DNA of 7,670 nt from Paraspadella gotoi (taxonomy: Eukaryota > Animalia > Chaetognatha): the NCBI GenBank assembly GCA_051294375.1, contig JBJCIZ010001022.1:1-7670 (forward strand). The letters are read 5' to 3'. Positions 7,377 through 7,670 of the stretch are shown one piece after another. Under the pieces are notes generated by a model. It worked only from the letters and a program-made list of their open reading frames with translations, was not told where the DNA came from and searched no databases. The position numbers and the translations under genes were made by a program. Every line of letters starts with the position of its first letter. The stretch's first letter is position 1.

Positions 7377-7648
7377 AATCAGTCAGATCCCGACTCCGTT
7401 ATAACTCACACTTTTTATCGGTCCCGTGTCTCCTCCCCTCGTAACTACCTTGTATCGCGTATCACACGTTATAATCGAGTCAGAACATGCTTAAGATTAT
7501 AAAGTATTATGAGCAAAAAACACATGATGGTCCGTCCGTCCGTCCGTCGTCCTCCCGTCCGTCCGGTCCTCCGTCCGTCCGTTCGTTCCGTCTCTTCCCA
7601 CCTCTTTATAGCCAAAAACACAACAACTCCAATACACGTGCATTGGAT
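7377..7648 (+). mobile_element. Second copy (B) of the GTCC-microsatellite element, 5' part only
   Basis: Colinear with 1988-2312: aatcagtcagatcccgactc / aatcagccagattcccgactc; tataactca..ctttt; gtcccgt; agtcagaaca / agtccagaaaca; (GTCC)n at 7530-7592; tcccacc..tagccaaaaacac / tcccacccttagcaaaaaaacac; cgtgcattgga / cgtgattgga. Confidence 0.65.
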
Positions 7649-7670
7649 CTATCTTCTCTCTGCTGTCTTT

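Noticed and set aside
7647-7670. ATCTATCTTCTCTC as a remnant of a PacBio SMRTbell adapter where copy B homology stops
   Set aside because: The match to ATCTCTCTC... is short and imperfect, and similar CT-rich sequence occurs at 7326-7352; cannot be supported.

Overview
AT-rich, low-complexity, almost certainly eukaryotic non-coding DNA made largely of interleaved repeats. I find no credible protein-coding gene, RNA gene or CRISPR array; the supplied ORFs are read-throughs of microsatellites, minisatellites, T/A-rich tracts or repeat units. Main components: (1) two + strand copies (about 1988-3300 and 7377-7648) and one probable - strand end (about 6850-6997) of an element with a T-run, short GC-rich (sub)terminal hairpin, (GTCC)n microsatellite and 150-200 bp internal tandem units. 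This layout matches non-autonomous Helentron-associated (HINE/DINE-1-like) rolling-circle elements. (2) A composite repeat of a 22-bp minisatellite, a (GA)n tract, a conserved ~120-150 bp module and a second GA tract, at about 1150-1960 and, very degenerate, at about 3478-4395; the module recurs at about 5300-5460 and 6035-6126. (3) A ~245-bp diverged inverted repeat with a (TAAT)n core (4985-5227 / 7068-7314). Homologous copies differ by dense single-base indels, so the window may be an error-prone long read or unpolished contig. I see no evidence of a new gene-encoded system; the best candidate novelty is an uncatalogued family of rolling-circle/minisatellite composite repeats. All alignments were done by eye.
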